Below, in pieces: positions 23,474 to 36,695 of a stretch of 64,000 nucleotides of DNA; the stretch's first letter is position 1, and each line of letters begins with the position of its first letter. A program made the position numbers and the translations under genes. Source of the stretch: Octopus sinensis (Eukaryota); assembly GCF_006345805.1 (NCBI RefSeq), contig NC_043006.1, forward strand, positions 4,588,001 through 4,652,000, in the 5' to 3' direction. Below the pieces are notes generated by a model. It made no database searches, had not been told where the DNA came from, and worked only from the letters and a program-made list of their open reading frames with translations.

Positions 23474-24500
23474 ATTTTTATTTGCCTGTATTTAATGTAA
23501 TGTTTAAATTTGTGAGCAGAGTTTAAATTTATAAATTTACTTTCATTTTCTTTGTCAAACAAAACAAAAAAAGTAAAAGCAAAAATCATATGATTTTTAT
23601 GTTTTTGTGTAAATACATTGGGATGTGTTGAATAATTGGTCTGAGAAGAGATGGGCCATTGTTTCCAAAGCTATTTTATGTAGATACGTTTGTGGAACAA
23701 TAACCGAGAGACTCACAAGGTGTTATATGTTTGTCTGCCACAAAGAGAATTCTAATGTTTCAAGCCAGTCTACTTACTCTATCTGCTGTGATGCATATTG
23801 GTAGAACTAAGTTAGAATGCAGAGTCTACATCGGATGTAAATAGTTTTACCATTTCCTTCAGCCTACACATCACTCCCATTATTTCCTTCTCAATTAAAT
23901 CATTAATAAATGTAACTTGTACAACACTGTAAATTTTGAAGAGACAGCAATAAGCTTAATATTTGCTTAGAATTCTTTAACTCATAATACTTGCTTAATG
24001 TTGCTGTTGCTGTTGAGCGAACGGTCTTCGTCCCAGAGCTCACAAGATGGGAGAAGTCCGAAACGTGGTCCTTTGCTATTTGTAAGACCCACAGATGAGA
24101 AAGCAGGTCAACCCCCGACACCGAGAGCATCGACAGATGGATGAATGCGCATCCGGGCTCAGCGGTTGCGTAGGAAGTCGGGGACAAGAAACAGGAAGAA
24201 AGGATGAGAGAAAGTTGGAGCGAAAGAGTACAACAGGAGTCGCCACCACTCCCTGCAGGAGCCTCGTGGAGCTTTTGGTGTTTTCGCTTAATAAACACAC
24301 ACAACGCCTGGTCTGGGAATCGAAACCGCAATCCTCCGACCGCGAGTCCGCTGCCCTAACCATAATGTTGCTGTCTCTTGGAAAGCTACTGACTTTGTGA
24401 ACCATGTGTTTAGATGGTATCCTTAGATATTCAAATAAGAATAACAGTATTTGGTACAAGATATTTCCTTAAAGGAAATGTGGTAACAATTTACATATCA

Positions 24501-24902
24501 GGTGTAGGAGTGGTTTTGTGGTAAGTAGCTTGCTTACAAACCACATGGTTCCGGATTCAGTCACACTGCGTGGCATCTTGGGCAAGTGTCCTCTACTATA
24601 GCCTCGGGCCGACCAAAGCCTTGTGAGTGGATTTGGTAGACAGAAACTGAAAGAAGCCCATTGTATATATGTATATATACATGCATGTGTGTGTATATGT
24701 TTGTGTGTCTGTGTTTGTCCCCTCAACATCGCTTGACAACCGATGCTGGTGTGTTTACGTCACCGTAACTTAGCGGTTTGGCAAAAGAGACCGATAAAAT
24801 AAATACTAGGTTTACAGAGAGTAAATCCTGGGGTCGATTTGCTCAACTAAAGGTGGTGCTCCAGCATGGCCACCGTCAAATGACTGAAACAAGTAAAAGA
24901 GT
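24501..24902 (+). mobile_element. tRNA-derived SINE family A
   Basis: Same head, body and tail as 6651-7076. Confidence 0.88.
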
Positions 24903-25046
24903 ATATCTTACCTACTGAAATGTGCTTTTGGCCATAAACTGAAATATAAAAGACAGACTTGGTTATAATATTTCTAGTTCATAAATTCCTCACTATTAAA
25001 ATATTTATTAGATATTAAATATTTATCAATTTTCTTTCTACTGAAG

Positions 25047-25231
25047 GTTGATCCATGTGGTAGTAAACCAATGGGGCTGCATAGTCATACCAGTTGCTTA
25101 TGGAAGAACAGGTGGCTGGTATTAGCTGGTGGACTTACAAAACAGTTGACACCCTCCAAGGATATATATCTACTTGATTTATATACATTTCAATTGAAGG
25201 CTCTAGACGTTTCTGGTGTATTATATCCACG
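25047..25231 (+). CDS. LCMT2: LCMT2/TYW4 coding exon (Kelch-type repeat)
   Basis: VDPCGSKPMGLHSHTSCLWKNRWLVLAGGLTKQLTPSKDIYLLDLYTFQLKALDVSGVLYPR; ctgaag acceptor, gtaact donor. Confidence 0.9.
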
Positions 25232-25264
25232 GTAACTATAACTTTTAATATTTTTAATTTTTAA

Positions 25265-25678
25265 AGGCGGTGAGCTGGCAGAATCGTTAGCATACCAGGT
25301 GAAATACTTAGCGGTATTTCGTCTGCCGCTATGTTCTGAGTTCAAATTTCACCGAGGTCCTCTTTGCCTTTCATCCTTTCAGGGTCGATTAAATATAATC
25401 AACTTAATCCATTTGTCTGTTCTTGTTTGTCCCCTCTGTGTGTAGCCCTTTGTGGGCAGTAAAGAAGTACTAATCGTTAGTACTCCGGGCAAAATGCTTA
25501 GTGGTATTTCGTCTGCCACTATGTTCTCAGTTCAAATTCCGCCGAGGTCAACTTTGCCTTTCATCCTTTTGGGGTCGATTAAATAAGTACCAAGTTACGC
25601 AATGGAGTTGATTTAATCAACTTAATCCCTTTGTTTGTCCATTCTATGTTTAGTCCCTTGTGGGCAATAAAGAAATAA
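25265..25678 (+). mobile_element. Two tandem tRNA-derived SINEs, family B
   Basis: Head GGCGGTGAGCTGGCAGAATCGTTAG...GAGTTCAAATT, body CTTTGCCTTTCATCCTTT.GGGGTCGAT, tail TAAAGAA; other copies near 37125, 51769, 54240, 60895, 62998. Confidence 0.82.
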
Positions 25679-26587
25679 ATATATTTTAAAATTGATTCAT
25701 TTATTCCCAACAGAATATTTAATTTATTTTATTGTTTTCTCTGTTATTACAAAACTAAGAAGTCATAGTTACATTTAAGGAGTTATTGAAGTTTTCCAGG
25801 GTAAAAGAGAAACTTACTTTTATCAAATATTGAGGGAAAAAAAAAGAAAAAAGTGAAATAATATCCTAATATGATGGGCCTCACAGGTGCAATGTCATTT
25901 TAAAACGGGTCTTAAAATGACCTCAGCAATGCTGATGCAACAATGAGGTGATGCAACTTAAGTTGGGAGTTTTTCCTGACTGCTGTAATGGTAGAAAACA
26001 AATGAAATTTATAAATGAGTTTAATCATTTAAATGTATTCTATTGAGACCCCCTTTGGTCATGACACTGACTGTGAGATTGCACCTAGAAAGTTACCCTC
26101 CCAGGCACAAGTCCGGGCAAGATTGTTTATGGAAGACCAGCAGTCGCCCAAGCATACCGGCCTCCCCTCTACACACCACTGATGTTATCCAAGGGAAAGG
26201 CAAAGGGGCCGATACAGCTTGGCACCTGTGATGTTGCAACTCATTTCTACAGCTGAGTGAACTGGAGCAACGTGAAATAAAGTGTCTTGCTCAAGAACAC
26301 AACACGCAGCCTTTGTCCGGGATTCGAACTCACAACCTCACAATCGTAAGCTCGACGCTCTAACCACTGAGCCATGTGCCTTCAATGTACCATATGTAAT
26401 TAAATACAGCAACATAGTTTGAATATAGACACAAGTTGTGCAGACAATATTTCATAATGGCTGAGGTTAATGACTTAGGTTAATAAAGTATTCAGCTGAA
26501 TACTTTTCTTTTGTTTAAACAATTTATTGCTGTATTGTTGCTTTTAAAGAAACATTTAGACTTCCATTTTTTGCTTTTATTTTCCAG

Positions 26588-26717
26588 ATATTCTCATACA
26601 GCTCATGTTATTGGTGATAACCTCTTTCTTGTTGGTGGGGTAAATCTGGAACATTTCTCACCAGGAATTGCTGTTGTTAATCTTCAATCTGGAGAGTCAC
26701 AAGAATTTGCTTTAACG
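26588..26717 (+). CDS. LCMT2: LCMT2/TYW4 coding exon (Kelch-type repeat)
   Basis: (R)YSHTAHVIGDNLFLVGGVNLEHFSPGIAVVNLQSGESQEFALT; ttccag acceptor, gttagt donor. Confidence 0.93.
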
Positions 26718-27172
26718 GTTAGTCAATACATTTTGAAATCTTGAATACGTTTTTTAATATTTATTTTTGCTGATTAAGTCAAAGGACAACCAAATGAAAC
26801 TACAAGAGAAATGTTTGTGTCTCACAATTGAAAATACCTGATTCTTAGAATAATCTTTGTTCTAAATCCAAAAGAGTGGGTAACATTTGTCAGGTCAATT
26901 CTTCTGTGACATGCAATTTAATTCTTAAAAAACCCATACAATTACAGGGTGAGCACAAATAGCTCAAAACTGGTCTGGTGACCCACCATCGCTGGAGGAT
27001 GGTGGGGGGTTCACTCCCCTGCTTGCAATATATATTGGGTGCAGATATATATTGGAGGCGTCCTCTGGGATTAAAAATGGTAGTAACATTGGTTCTTACA
27101 GAATAGCCATGATGAAGTGGCAATTAACATTACTTTTCAGTATTGTTACTACTCTCATCTCATATGGTTACA

Positions 27173-28135
27173 CGTAACCAGCCCACTTATGCGTACCTTT
27201 TCCTTCTTTGGTCACTAAACTCTGCTTGCAAAGACCTGTTGAGGCAAGTGAAATCAAAATCAAATTCGATGACTGGCATCCGTACTAGCGGGGTACAAAG
27301 AGCACCATACGAGGGTGATCGTTGACAGAGCGTATGGTGCTCTTTGTACCCCGCTAGTACGGATGCCAGTCGTCGAATTTGATTTTGATTTTGATTTTGA
27401 TTTCACTTGCCTCAACAGGTCTTCGCAAGCAGAGTTTAGTGACCAAGGAAGGAAAAGGTACGCATAAGCGGGCTGGTTACGCTCCTGGCATGGGCCACAG
27501 GTTATGGTCTCATTTGGCTTGCTGGGTCTTCGCAAGCACAGCATATTTCCAAAAGTCTCGGTCGCTAGTCATTTCTTTGGTGAGGCCTAATGTTTGAAGG
27601 TCGTGCTTCACCACTTCATCCCAGGTCTACCTCTCCACAGGTTCCCTCAACCGCTAGGGTGTGGCACTTTTTCACACAGCCATCCTCATCCATTCTTGCC
27701 ACATGACCATACCAGCGCAGTCGTCTCTCTTGCACACCACATCTGATGCTCCTTAGGTCCAACTTTTCTCTCAATGTACTTACACTCTGTCGAGTATGCA
27801 CACTGACATTACACATCCATCGGATCATACTGGCTTCATTCCTTGCGAGCTTACGCATGTCCTCAACAGTCACGGCCCATGTTTCACTGCCATGTAGCAT
27901 GGCCGTTCGTACCCATGTGTCATACAGTCTACCTTTTACTCTGAGCAAGAGGCCCTTTGTCGCCAGCAGAGGTAAGAGCTCTCTGAACTTTGCCCAGGCT
28001 ATTCTTATTCTAGCAGCTACACTTTCAGCACACCCGCCCCCGCTGCTGACTTGGTCACCTAGGTTACGGAAGCTATCGACTACTTCTAGTTTTTCTCCTT
28101 GGAATGTGGCGGAAGTTGGTCTCTGCGCAGTCTTG
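27173..28135 (-). mobile_element. RTE-type LINE fragment (ORF C-terminus) whose 3' UTR is folded back as an inverted duplication
   Basis: ORF 27616-27948 KGRLYDTWVRTAMLHGSETW...RRLRWYGHVARM typical of RTE; inverted arms 27173-27311 / 27331-27481. Confidence 0.9.
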
Positions 28136-28575
28136 CATTATTAATTTCCAAGTGAAACTAAAGAAATATCTTGTAGCATTTTCAGAAAAATCCCACTGGG
28201 GTTGGTTTTGCTTTTAATAATTGCATTGTTACTTTGTGTCAATGTAACAAATCACTGTCTATTCTTTAAACACATTTTTCAAATTAAAAAAAAAATAACT
28301 ACAACTGACAAGATTAGACATCCAAATCTTGATCTTTTTGCTTGGTACTCTCTTTGGTATTCACTACTAAAAATATCTTACGAGACATCAGTAAAAATAT
28401 TGTGTTTTTATTTTGATTTAATACATCATTATATATATATATCATCAGTCAAGGCTGGATTCAATGCAGTAATGAGTAGAATACTCTTTCTTGTTATTTG
28501 TTCCTAAAGATGAGTAATTATCAACAAGCATTTTTATAACCTTCCTTCAAAGATTTTAATTACAAACTTTTCTTA

Positions 28576-28781
28576 TACAAGTTGTTGAAAAGTTCCTGGC
28601 TTTGAGTAAAAGAAAATACAGGAAGATCTGTTAATTAAGATTGTATTCAACATATTCCCCTCTCAGGTACGCACACTTATTGCATTGGTCCTTCAGTTTT
28701 TCTAAGCCCTGTCAAAGAACTTGGAAGGTTGGGCCTCTAACCAGACCTTAAAGCCAGGAACTTTTCAGTACCCCCACCCTT
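28576..28781. mobile_element. Mariner-derived MITE
   Basis: TIR core TGAAAAGTTCCTGGCTTT / AAAGCCAGGAACTTTTCA; interior matches about 46879-46982 of the longer mariner. Confidence 0.8.
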
Positions 28782-28964
28782 AAGCAAGTAGCTTCTAATA
28801 GGGTACCACACCAAAGTGTTCCTTGACAAACAAGTGGTAACCAGTTGGTATATTTGACTATAACTTGCTCCATTACTTTTCACATGACATCTATTACAGA
28901 AATGTAACAATTTTTCTTTCATTTTTTTGATGTTCCAATTTTAATTAATTTTTTTTTTTATCAG

Positions 28965-29141
28965 GATCAGAGTGAAACTGGTGAAATAATCATGTTACAT
29001 GGACATCAATCTGAAATATTGAATGATGAGCATTTATTAATTGTGGGTGGAGGGTGTAACTGTTTCTCTTTTGGAACCCATTTAAATAAATCTATGTTTT
29101 TAATAGATTTGAAATATTTTCAGATTAATTGTAATAGTTGA
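28965..29141 (+). CDS. LCMT2: LCMT2/TYW4 last coding exon
   Basis: DQSETGEIIMLHGHQSEILNDEHLLIVGGGCNCFSFGTHLNKSMFLIDLKYFQINCNS-stop; GGGxNCFSFGT is the LCMT2/TYW4 C-terminal signature; TGA at 29139-29141. Confidence 0.94.
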   Translation, partial: DQSETGEIIMLHGHQSEILNDEHLLIVGGGCNCFSFGTHLNKSMFLIDLKYFQINCNS

Positions 29142-29146
29142 ATAAA
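29141..29146 (+). terminator. Candidate polyadenylation signal AATAAA overlapping the LCMT2 stop codon
   Basis: Sequence TGAATAAA at 29139-29146; use as a signal is not demonstrated. Confidence 0.35.
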
Positions 29147-31099
29147 ATTATTTATAATCATTTTCACATGAAGTTATATCAAATTTCTACTGTTATTTTA
29201 TGAAATACAAATATTTCATTATTGATAAAATTTCTACTTTTTGAACTGTCAAGATTCTCTTACAAGATTCTTTTATACAACCCAACATGGTTGGCTCAGT
29301 TTTATTTTTAAAGTTATTTCTGAACTGCAGGGTTGTTGTTGAAATAATTTATATCAGTAATATGAACTCTCTGCATTAAACATGTCCCAGGCAGGAAGAC
29401 TAAGGTTCATAAAAATATTAGAAAAATTCTGTGATGAAGAGCAAAGCTCTCAGATTATTGAAATGGATAAACTTTGCTAAGGGAAAATTCCACTAACGAG
29501 TGTCCTCATAAAAACTGAGAATGAGATAAAATTGTTCCATGGAAATGAGAGCAGTGAAAGAAACATATAAACCAAGTCTGCTAGTGTTCCACGGATTTAC
29601 AAAGAAATAATTTTGGTGAAATGTAAAATAGTTTGAAGAATTGTTAAAAGGATAAGATTCACTTTCTGCAGAACCTCAGAAGTTTAGTGAAATACTGGAT
29701 GATAAATTCAGCTGTCATCATCATCATCATCATCATCATCGTCGTTTAACGTCCGTTTTCCGTGCTAGCACGGGTTGGACGGTTCGACCGCGGTCTGGGA
29801 AGCCAGGAGGCTGCACCAGGCTCCAGTCTGATCTGGCTGTGTTTCTATAGCTGGATGCCCTTCCTAATGCCAACCACTCCGGGTGTGTATTGGGTGCTTT
29901 TTACGTGTCACTGGCACAGTGCCAGGGGAGGCTGGCAGCGGCCACGATCGATTGGTGCTTTTTTTTACGTGCCACTGGCACAGAAGCCAGTCAAGGCGGT
30001 GCTGGCATCGGCCATGTTTGGATGGTGCTTTTTATTATGTGCCACCAGCACTCATAAAATTAATGGTCCGACCATAAATAAGCATCAGGCTCTAAATTTA
30101 TCCTAATAATTCTCATAACATGCAGCTTTAGCTAAACCGGTATTCTGCCCCAAATGTTGAAAGAAGGCATAATATGTTCTTTGCTTAAGAGGAAAGCAGA
30201 GCAGATGCAAACATTTATTGGGCCTGTCTCTCTCTCTGACTTTGATCATCAGCAAAAGTTATGTAGAGTATTTGAAGTGATTTCCTTCTGGAAATTAATC
30301 AGTTACTTTTTGGTAGGCACTGGGATGGCTTCATGGCTAAGAAGTGGGTTTTGCAATCATGTTGCTTCAGGTTCAGCCCCACTGTGCTGCACCTTGGGCA
30401 AATGTATTCAGCTATAGTCCAGGGCCAACCAATGTTTTGTGAGTAAATTTGGTAGATGGAGACTATAGAAGCCCTTCATTCATATATATATACATATATA
30501 TGGTGTAGCCATATATCTCCAGTTGGTGTAGCCATATACCTCCTCTACAGCAAGACACCTGTCCTGCTATTACACCTCTCATCACCAGGTACAAAGCCAC
30601 CTCCCTCACTACTACTCCCTCCCCCATCTCATTTGAGGGTCTTTGTTTTGCAAGTTATTTCGTGACCTTTTTGGTGAAGATGCCATGTAAAAAACACTCA
30701 GCATACTCTGTAAAATGGTTGGCATTAGGAAGGACATCCAGCTGTAGAAGCCAAAGCAGACAGTAGAGCTTGGCATATTCCCCTGGATCACTCGCTCCTG
30801 TCAAACTGTTCAGCTCATACCAAAAATGGATGTTAAATGATACGTGATGTGTGTGCATGCATGTCTTTATGTTTGTTCCTCCCCCACCAGACAACTGGGG
30901 CTGGTTTGTTTATGTTCCTGCATCTTCGTGGTTCAGCAACAATTAGTGGTTGCTAGAATAAGTAACAGAATTAAAAAAAAACCACTGAAATTGATTTGTT
31001 TCAGCTCTCAGCACTTTGGGTTCAAATCCTGAAGAGTTCAATGGTGTCATTCATATTTTCCGGATTGGTACATAAAGAACCTATCCAGTGAAGTGGATT

Positions 31100-33450
31100 G
31101 GTGAAACTGTAAGCACAGCCAGTGGGAAACCCTGCTATATTTTGGCTCTGTACGTCCCGAGTTGAAAATCTTGTTTAAATTGTAGCAGGAATTTGAAACC
31201 TAACTGCCAGATACTCAGTCAGATACTACAAATGAACCACCCCAGTTTCATGGGATCGATCAATAAATCAACCAATCAACGTGAGGCTGTGGCGTGATAT
31301 GGTTTTCTTAAATGTTTTAAAAATTGATTTATTATTCCCTATAAAAACCGTTTGGCACATTACTTAAGGGCAGACAGCCAAAGGACCACCAACGCCACAG
31401 ATCGCCCCTGAAATGTGCGCCGATGACTTTGTGTATTTTTGAACTAATTGTATAACGTCACACAGTTTTCTATATTTTTAGAGCAGTTTTCCTTTCCTCC
31501 CATTCGGAAATTACTTATATTGTTCATTGTAAATATCTTCATCTCCGGCAATAATTATTACAGTTATATGTTCGTAAATTTACTGCAGTTATTATTTACG
31601 CTGCCAACGGAATATGTCTACACTGAGCAGCTCAACTAAAGCGACAACAAGATCATGACATAACTGTAACCTTTTCCAGGTGAACTAAAAAGATTTTTAA
31701 TAATAATAATGACAATAATAAAAAGCACTTAAACTCAAGAGTACGTCCTTATTGACCGGGGCAATCTATGAGTAGCACCTAGTTATCAACACTATTCATA
31801 GATAATAATATCTATGATAATAGGGATAAGATGCAATATTTCGATAGTCACGAAGATAGTAACCTCCCACGTCCCTAACAGGGCTCTTTCCAATGTATCT
31901 GGTGAAAAGCAAAACAAACTGCATTCAGCCAGTATAATAATATTCAAGAAACACTTCGAAATCGAAAGGATTGCCATACCAACACTTCAAAGGGAAACAA
32001 AAACGAAACGAGAATTATTTGGGTTACTGATAACAAAACCAGTGTACGGCAATCTTTTGTACTTCCTAACCTTATGATATTCTTGGAAAAAAACAAACAA
32101 ACACGTAATGTTTTGGTTGCTAAAACTATGTTGGGGGGGAGAAGAATCAGCAAAAATTTTCCGGGAAAAGTCGAAACGATGCGTACTACGTCATGGTGAC
32201 ATAGTACACTGCAATACTATGTCATTATTACGTAGTATACATTCGCAATTTTTAGTCCATTCATTAAATACTATTCACGATTAATTTGTAGCGATATGTT
32301 ATCAAAATAAATGTCAGCGTGTTTATTTATTGTTGGCCGATGTCAAAAGAGAAATTCCTGTGACAAAATTTTTGTAAAGTAAGTACTTTTTATTAGATAC
32401 CTTTGCTGTGATTTATTTGTTTCTATTTTGCAGACCAGTAGCTGCATTCTTGTAGAATAGAGTCGGAAATAATAGATTGCGCCAAACACGCAATTTCTTC
32501 AGAAATCTATGTTTCGGTCATCGCAATTTGCGATCCTGCAAAGAAAAAAAAAATCACAGACCTTCCCCCACTCCAAAAAATAATTAGTGGTGTTGGATGT
32601 TGTCTCTCCCCACCCTCGCGGTTTTTCATTTTATTTTTTTCCAATTTTTTTTATGGTGTATGTTTTAAAAACCCAAGATTTATAATTCTTCAAAATTATG
32701 CATAATATAAAACTGAACATAGATTTTCGAAGAAACGTCAAAACTGGAAAATTACAAAAGGGGAGCGGAGAGCAAGCCCCCACCTTATGTATATGTATGT
32801 ATGTATGTATGTATGTGTTTGTGTGTATTTATTTATATATTTGCAGTACTGTAAATCTACGATACTCGAAGTATACACATCGGAAGAACTGCGGTTTCAA
32901 GCGCTAGATTATTTCCGACTCTATTCTATAGGAATGCTCTCAATAACTTCACTGGTCCTGAATTTTTTAAACGCTTTGTTCAACTGTTAATTTTTCTTTT
33001 TTAATAATAAGGAAATACGCGTATTGTTTATATTGACTGCTTCAGAATTTTATTTGAAACTCACTTGGAGTTTCGTAGTGTCTATTCGTATATTTATCTT
33101 CTTATCACTGTGTAGGTAAGATGTGATACTTTTATATCGAAATATTTGGTGAGCTTGCATTGTATTTACAGGTAAATATGATCCGAAATCAGTCACTCCT
33201 CGTAACTTATAATATTAATAATTATTATATTTGGATGGTTTCCAGTCGGGCACTAATTTGCTTGTGGAGTGAATCGATTATGCAAAAATATGTTTTTACT
33301 TACGTAATGTTTGATTTACAGAAAGTGAAAAACTTCTTTGACATTTGTCTCAAGACGTACCTAACCTGTTAATGATTAATGACAATAAAAGTTTGTATTA
33401 ACTTTGTCGAAGGCATACAGGTAACCACAGGTATGTCGAACAGTTTGACG
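31100..33450 (+). promoter_or_regulatory. Probable ABCB6 promoter / non-coding first-exon region
   Basis: About 2.3 kb without recognisable repeats and visibly richer in CpG; consensus-like donors at 32379 (GTAAGT) and 33116 (GTAAGA); the ATG exon at 50295 begins with an acceptor, implying an upstream exon. Confidence 0.4.
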
Positions 33451-33499
33451 TTCTGCATTCTTGTATTTATGCCAAGTAAATAACTTGATTTATTATATA

Positions 33500-33895
33500 C
33501 TAGCAGTATCGCCCGGCGTTGCTCGGGTTTGTAAGGGAAATAACTATATAAGCATTTTTAGAGAGTTATAGCCAAAAAATAGCAAACAAATGCATTAAAA
33601 ATGGAAAAAAAATTATGGTAAATTTTTTTTTAAATCGTTGACTCATCGTAGACATTTTTAGAGAGTTACTTCCCTTATATAATAGCGAAAAAATGAATTA
33701 AAATGGAAAAAATGATGGTAATTTTTTTTTTAATCGTAGACTCATCGTAGACGCGCGCTAATACCCAGAAGGGCTCAATATGAATCACGACTATAAGATA
33801 CCCGGTTTTGGTTAAACTGCACCGCAAAATGTGGGAGTAGTTAGGAATCTAAATCGTAGGAGACAGACACACAACCTCTCTTTTATATATAAAGA
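33500..33895 (-). mobile_element. Non-autonomous Helitron
   Basis: Same A|TC...hairpin-CTAG|T termini as 2286-2680; internal tandem duplication. Confidence 0.85.
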
Positions 33896-35267
33896 TATCC
33901 AAATTTTGACGATGTTTAACTATAGCGTACACTTTTCACTTTCTTAAACTGGCAAATCTACCGACCACAGAATAATCTTTTAGACTCCATTCCATGGTCA
34001 ACTAGTTTGTCAAAGGGGAAATTTTTTGGTGTACTTAGGAATTATTTTTGGTTGACATTTTTTTGCGTCGTTAACTGTTGTTGTTGACAGCAATATTATC
34101 ATTTATTTAAAATTATTATTAAACCGGCCAAAATGTATCTGACTCCCTGGTCAATGATGGGACGAATATTCGTCTCTGATATTTATTGTGCTTGTAATAC
34201 TGTAGGTCCTTAAGAGATGTTAACATCGGGACAAATACCTCTGTAACAGGTTTATCAACAGTGTTTATACATTAGGTATAATACATAGATGACTATTTTA
34301 ATCAAATACTTTTTCAGTTGCGTACACCAGATTTTTATGACTACTCGCAACATAGGTTAATGTTTTATTTCCTTTTTTCTTATATCAAAGATGACAAATT
34401 CTTGTCCCAGTATGTAGACAGCTGCAAGTATGTGCCACTGAAAAGGCACAGCCTAGTTACAGGGACATAAACACACCAACATCGGTTGTCAAGCGATGGG
34501 GGGGAGTACAAACACAGACACACAAATATACATATATATATATATATATTTAGGAAGGGCATCCAGCCCTAGAAACACTGCCAGATCAGACTGGGTCTGA
34601 TGCAGCCTTCTGGTTTCCCAGACCCCAGTTGAACCGTCCAACCCATGCTAGCATGGAAAGCGGACGCTAAATGATGATGATGATACACAAGGTTGACTTC
34701 TTTCAGTTTCCACTTATCAAATCCACTCACAAAGCTTTGGTTGGCCTAAGGCTATAGTAGAAGACACTTGCTCAAGGCGCCACTCAGTGTGTGTGTCTTT
34801 GTGTCTGTTCCTGTCACTCCACCACTGCTTGACAAACGATGTTGGTGTGTTTATGTCCCCGTAACTTGGCTGTGCCTTTTCAGTGGCGCATACTTGCAGC
34901 TGTCTACATACTGGGACAAGAATTTGTCATCTTTTCGAAGGTAAGGAGGAGATGAAATGTGGAGTAGATGAAGGTAAGGAGTAGACGAAACAGGGACAAC
35001 TGAAGAAGGGGAATATTCCTTGTGGTGTATGTCGTGCACTCTGTTTTTTCGTTGTTTGAAAAAAGTTCGTTTCCATGTTTTTGTTTTTATGTTTTCGTTT
35101 CTCATTGAGTTCAACGTTTTTGATGTCCTGTACCCATATATGCATGTATATATATATACATATAGATGTAGGTATGTACATATATGTATGTATATATGCA
35201 TATATTTATATATTATTTATATTATTATATGATCGAACGCCACACATCCTTTTCCAAGTAAGTTTTA

Positions 35268-35299
<32 letters not shown>

Positions 35300-35664
35300 G
35301 CTGGCTGAAACTTCCACTTCTTACAACATTCTTGTTTAAGAATAATAAATTTGTACTTTATGAAAGCATTGAGTGAACCATCAGATTAATGTAAAATTGT
35401 TTTTATTATAACTGAACATAAAAAAACAAGCATTAATATATATTTCTATAGGCATGGTGATGCAGGCAGGAAATTTAGAACTCAAAATATCAGTATATGT
35501 ATATTTTTATTAATATTTAGCAGAAGTGTCAAGAGTTTGGTGCGTTGCTACTTATTAATGTCATAATGCATTGGAGAAATGAATGGGTGAAGAACAATTG
35601 ATTAAGTTATTAAAATGGCTATTTATTAAGATGGTTACAATATTAGTCAATACAATATATTAAA

Positions 35665-36068
35665 CATACAAAAATTATTAACCATCTTACTAACAATAAC
35701 TCTGAGTACCTTTTCAAACTCCACCCGTCTAACACCCGTGGACATGTTTACAAAGTCAGAAAACAGAGCAGCTCCCATGACTTTTGGAAACATTTTTTCG
35801 CGCTAAGTGTTGCTAAAGCATGGAACAAACTGCCGGCATCAGTTGTTAGTTGTCGGAGCACTGCATCCTTCAAAACTTCCATGCTTCCTGAGATTCGCCA
35901 ACACTACACCTGATTTTCTCCCCTCCATACATATGCAAGCATGTATCTGACTCATTCACTGTTCCCTTTCCAGACATTTGTACATTACTGCATATGCTTT
36001 ATATGCACTTTTGATAAGTTGTGGTGCACCTGAGCACTGTATACAATAATTTCATTATATATTATATT
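35665..36068 (+). mobile_element. CR1-type LINE 3' end
   Basis: Translates KIINHL...NTRGHVYKV...KHFFALSVAKAWNKLPASVVSCRSTASFK, stop TGA at 35911-35913, ATT-rich tail. Confidence 0.82.
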
Positions 36069-36429
36069 ACAACTTTGTCAAGTTGTTTGTGTGTACACAG
36101 CTATTTTGTAGATCTTTGAGTCTGTTGTGTACGTCAACTTCATCTCTGTGTGTTGCTAATAAAGAGAAAGATAGAGAGCAAAAAAAGTCTAGGTAAGAGT
36201 CTACCTTAGCAGGTGCTAATCAGCATACTTAATCCTGTCATTAAATCCATTTGGTGACATATTTTGATCTTAACAGACCTTATACATTTAAAATAGCTCA
36301 GAGATTTAGTAACTCTGGCTATGTCCTGCTTCAGTCTGTTCTTGGGCCATACTGTTTAACGGCCATGTATGATTGCATAGTGTAGCTGTAGGATATAGGA
36401 TATATTCTGTCTAGTTTGCTATCCTGTCT

Positions 36430-36657
36430 GTTTACTCTTACTCTTTTACTTGCTTCAGTCATTTGACTGTGGCCATGCTGGAGCACCGCCTTTAGTCGAG
36501 CAAATCAACCCCGGGACTTATTCTTTGTAAGCCCAGTACTTATTCTATCGGTCTGTTTTGCCGAACCGCTAAATTACGGGGACGTAAACACACCAGCATC
36601 GGTTGTCAAGCAATGCTAGGGGGACAAACACAGACACACAAACATATACACACACAC

Positions 36658-36695
<38 letters not shown>

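Noticed and set aside
34980-35020. Hammerhead ribozyme from CGAAAC...CTGAAGA
   Set aside because: Core words are present but stems I-III could not be paired in any topology.
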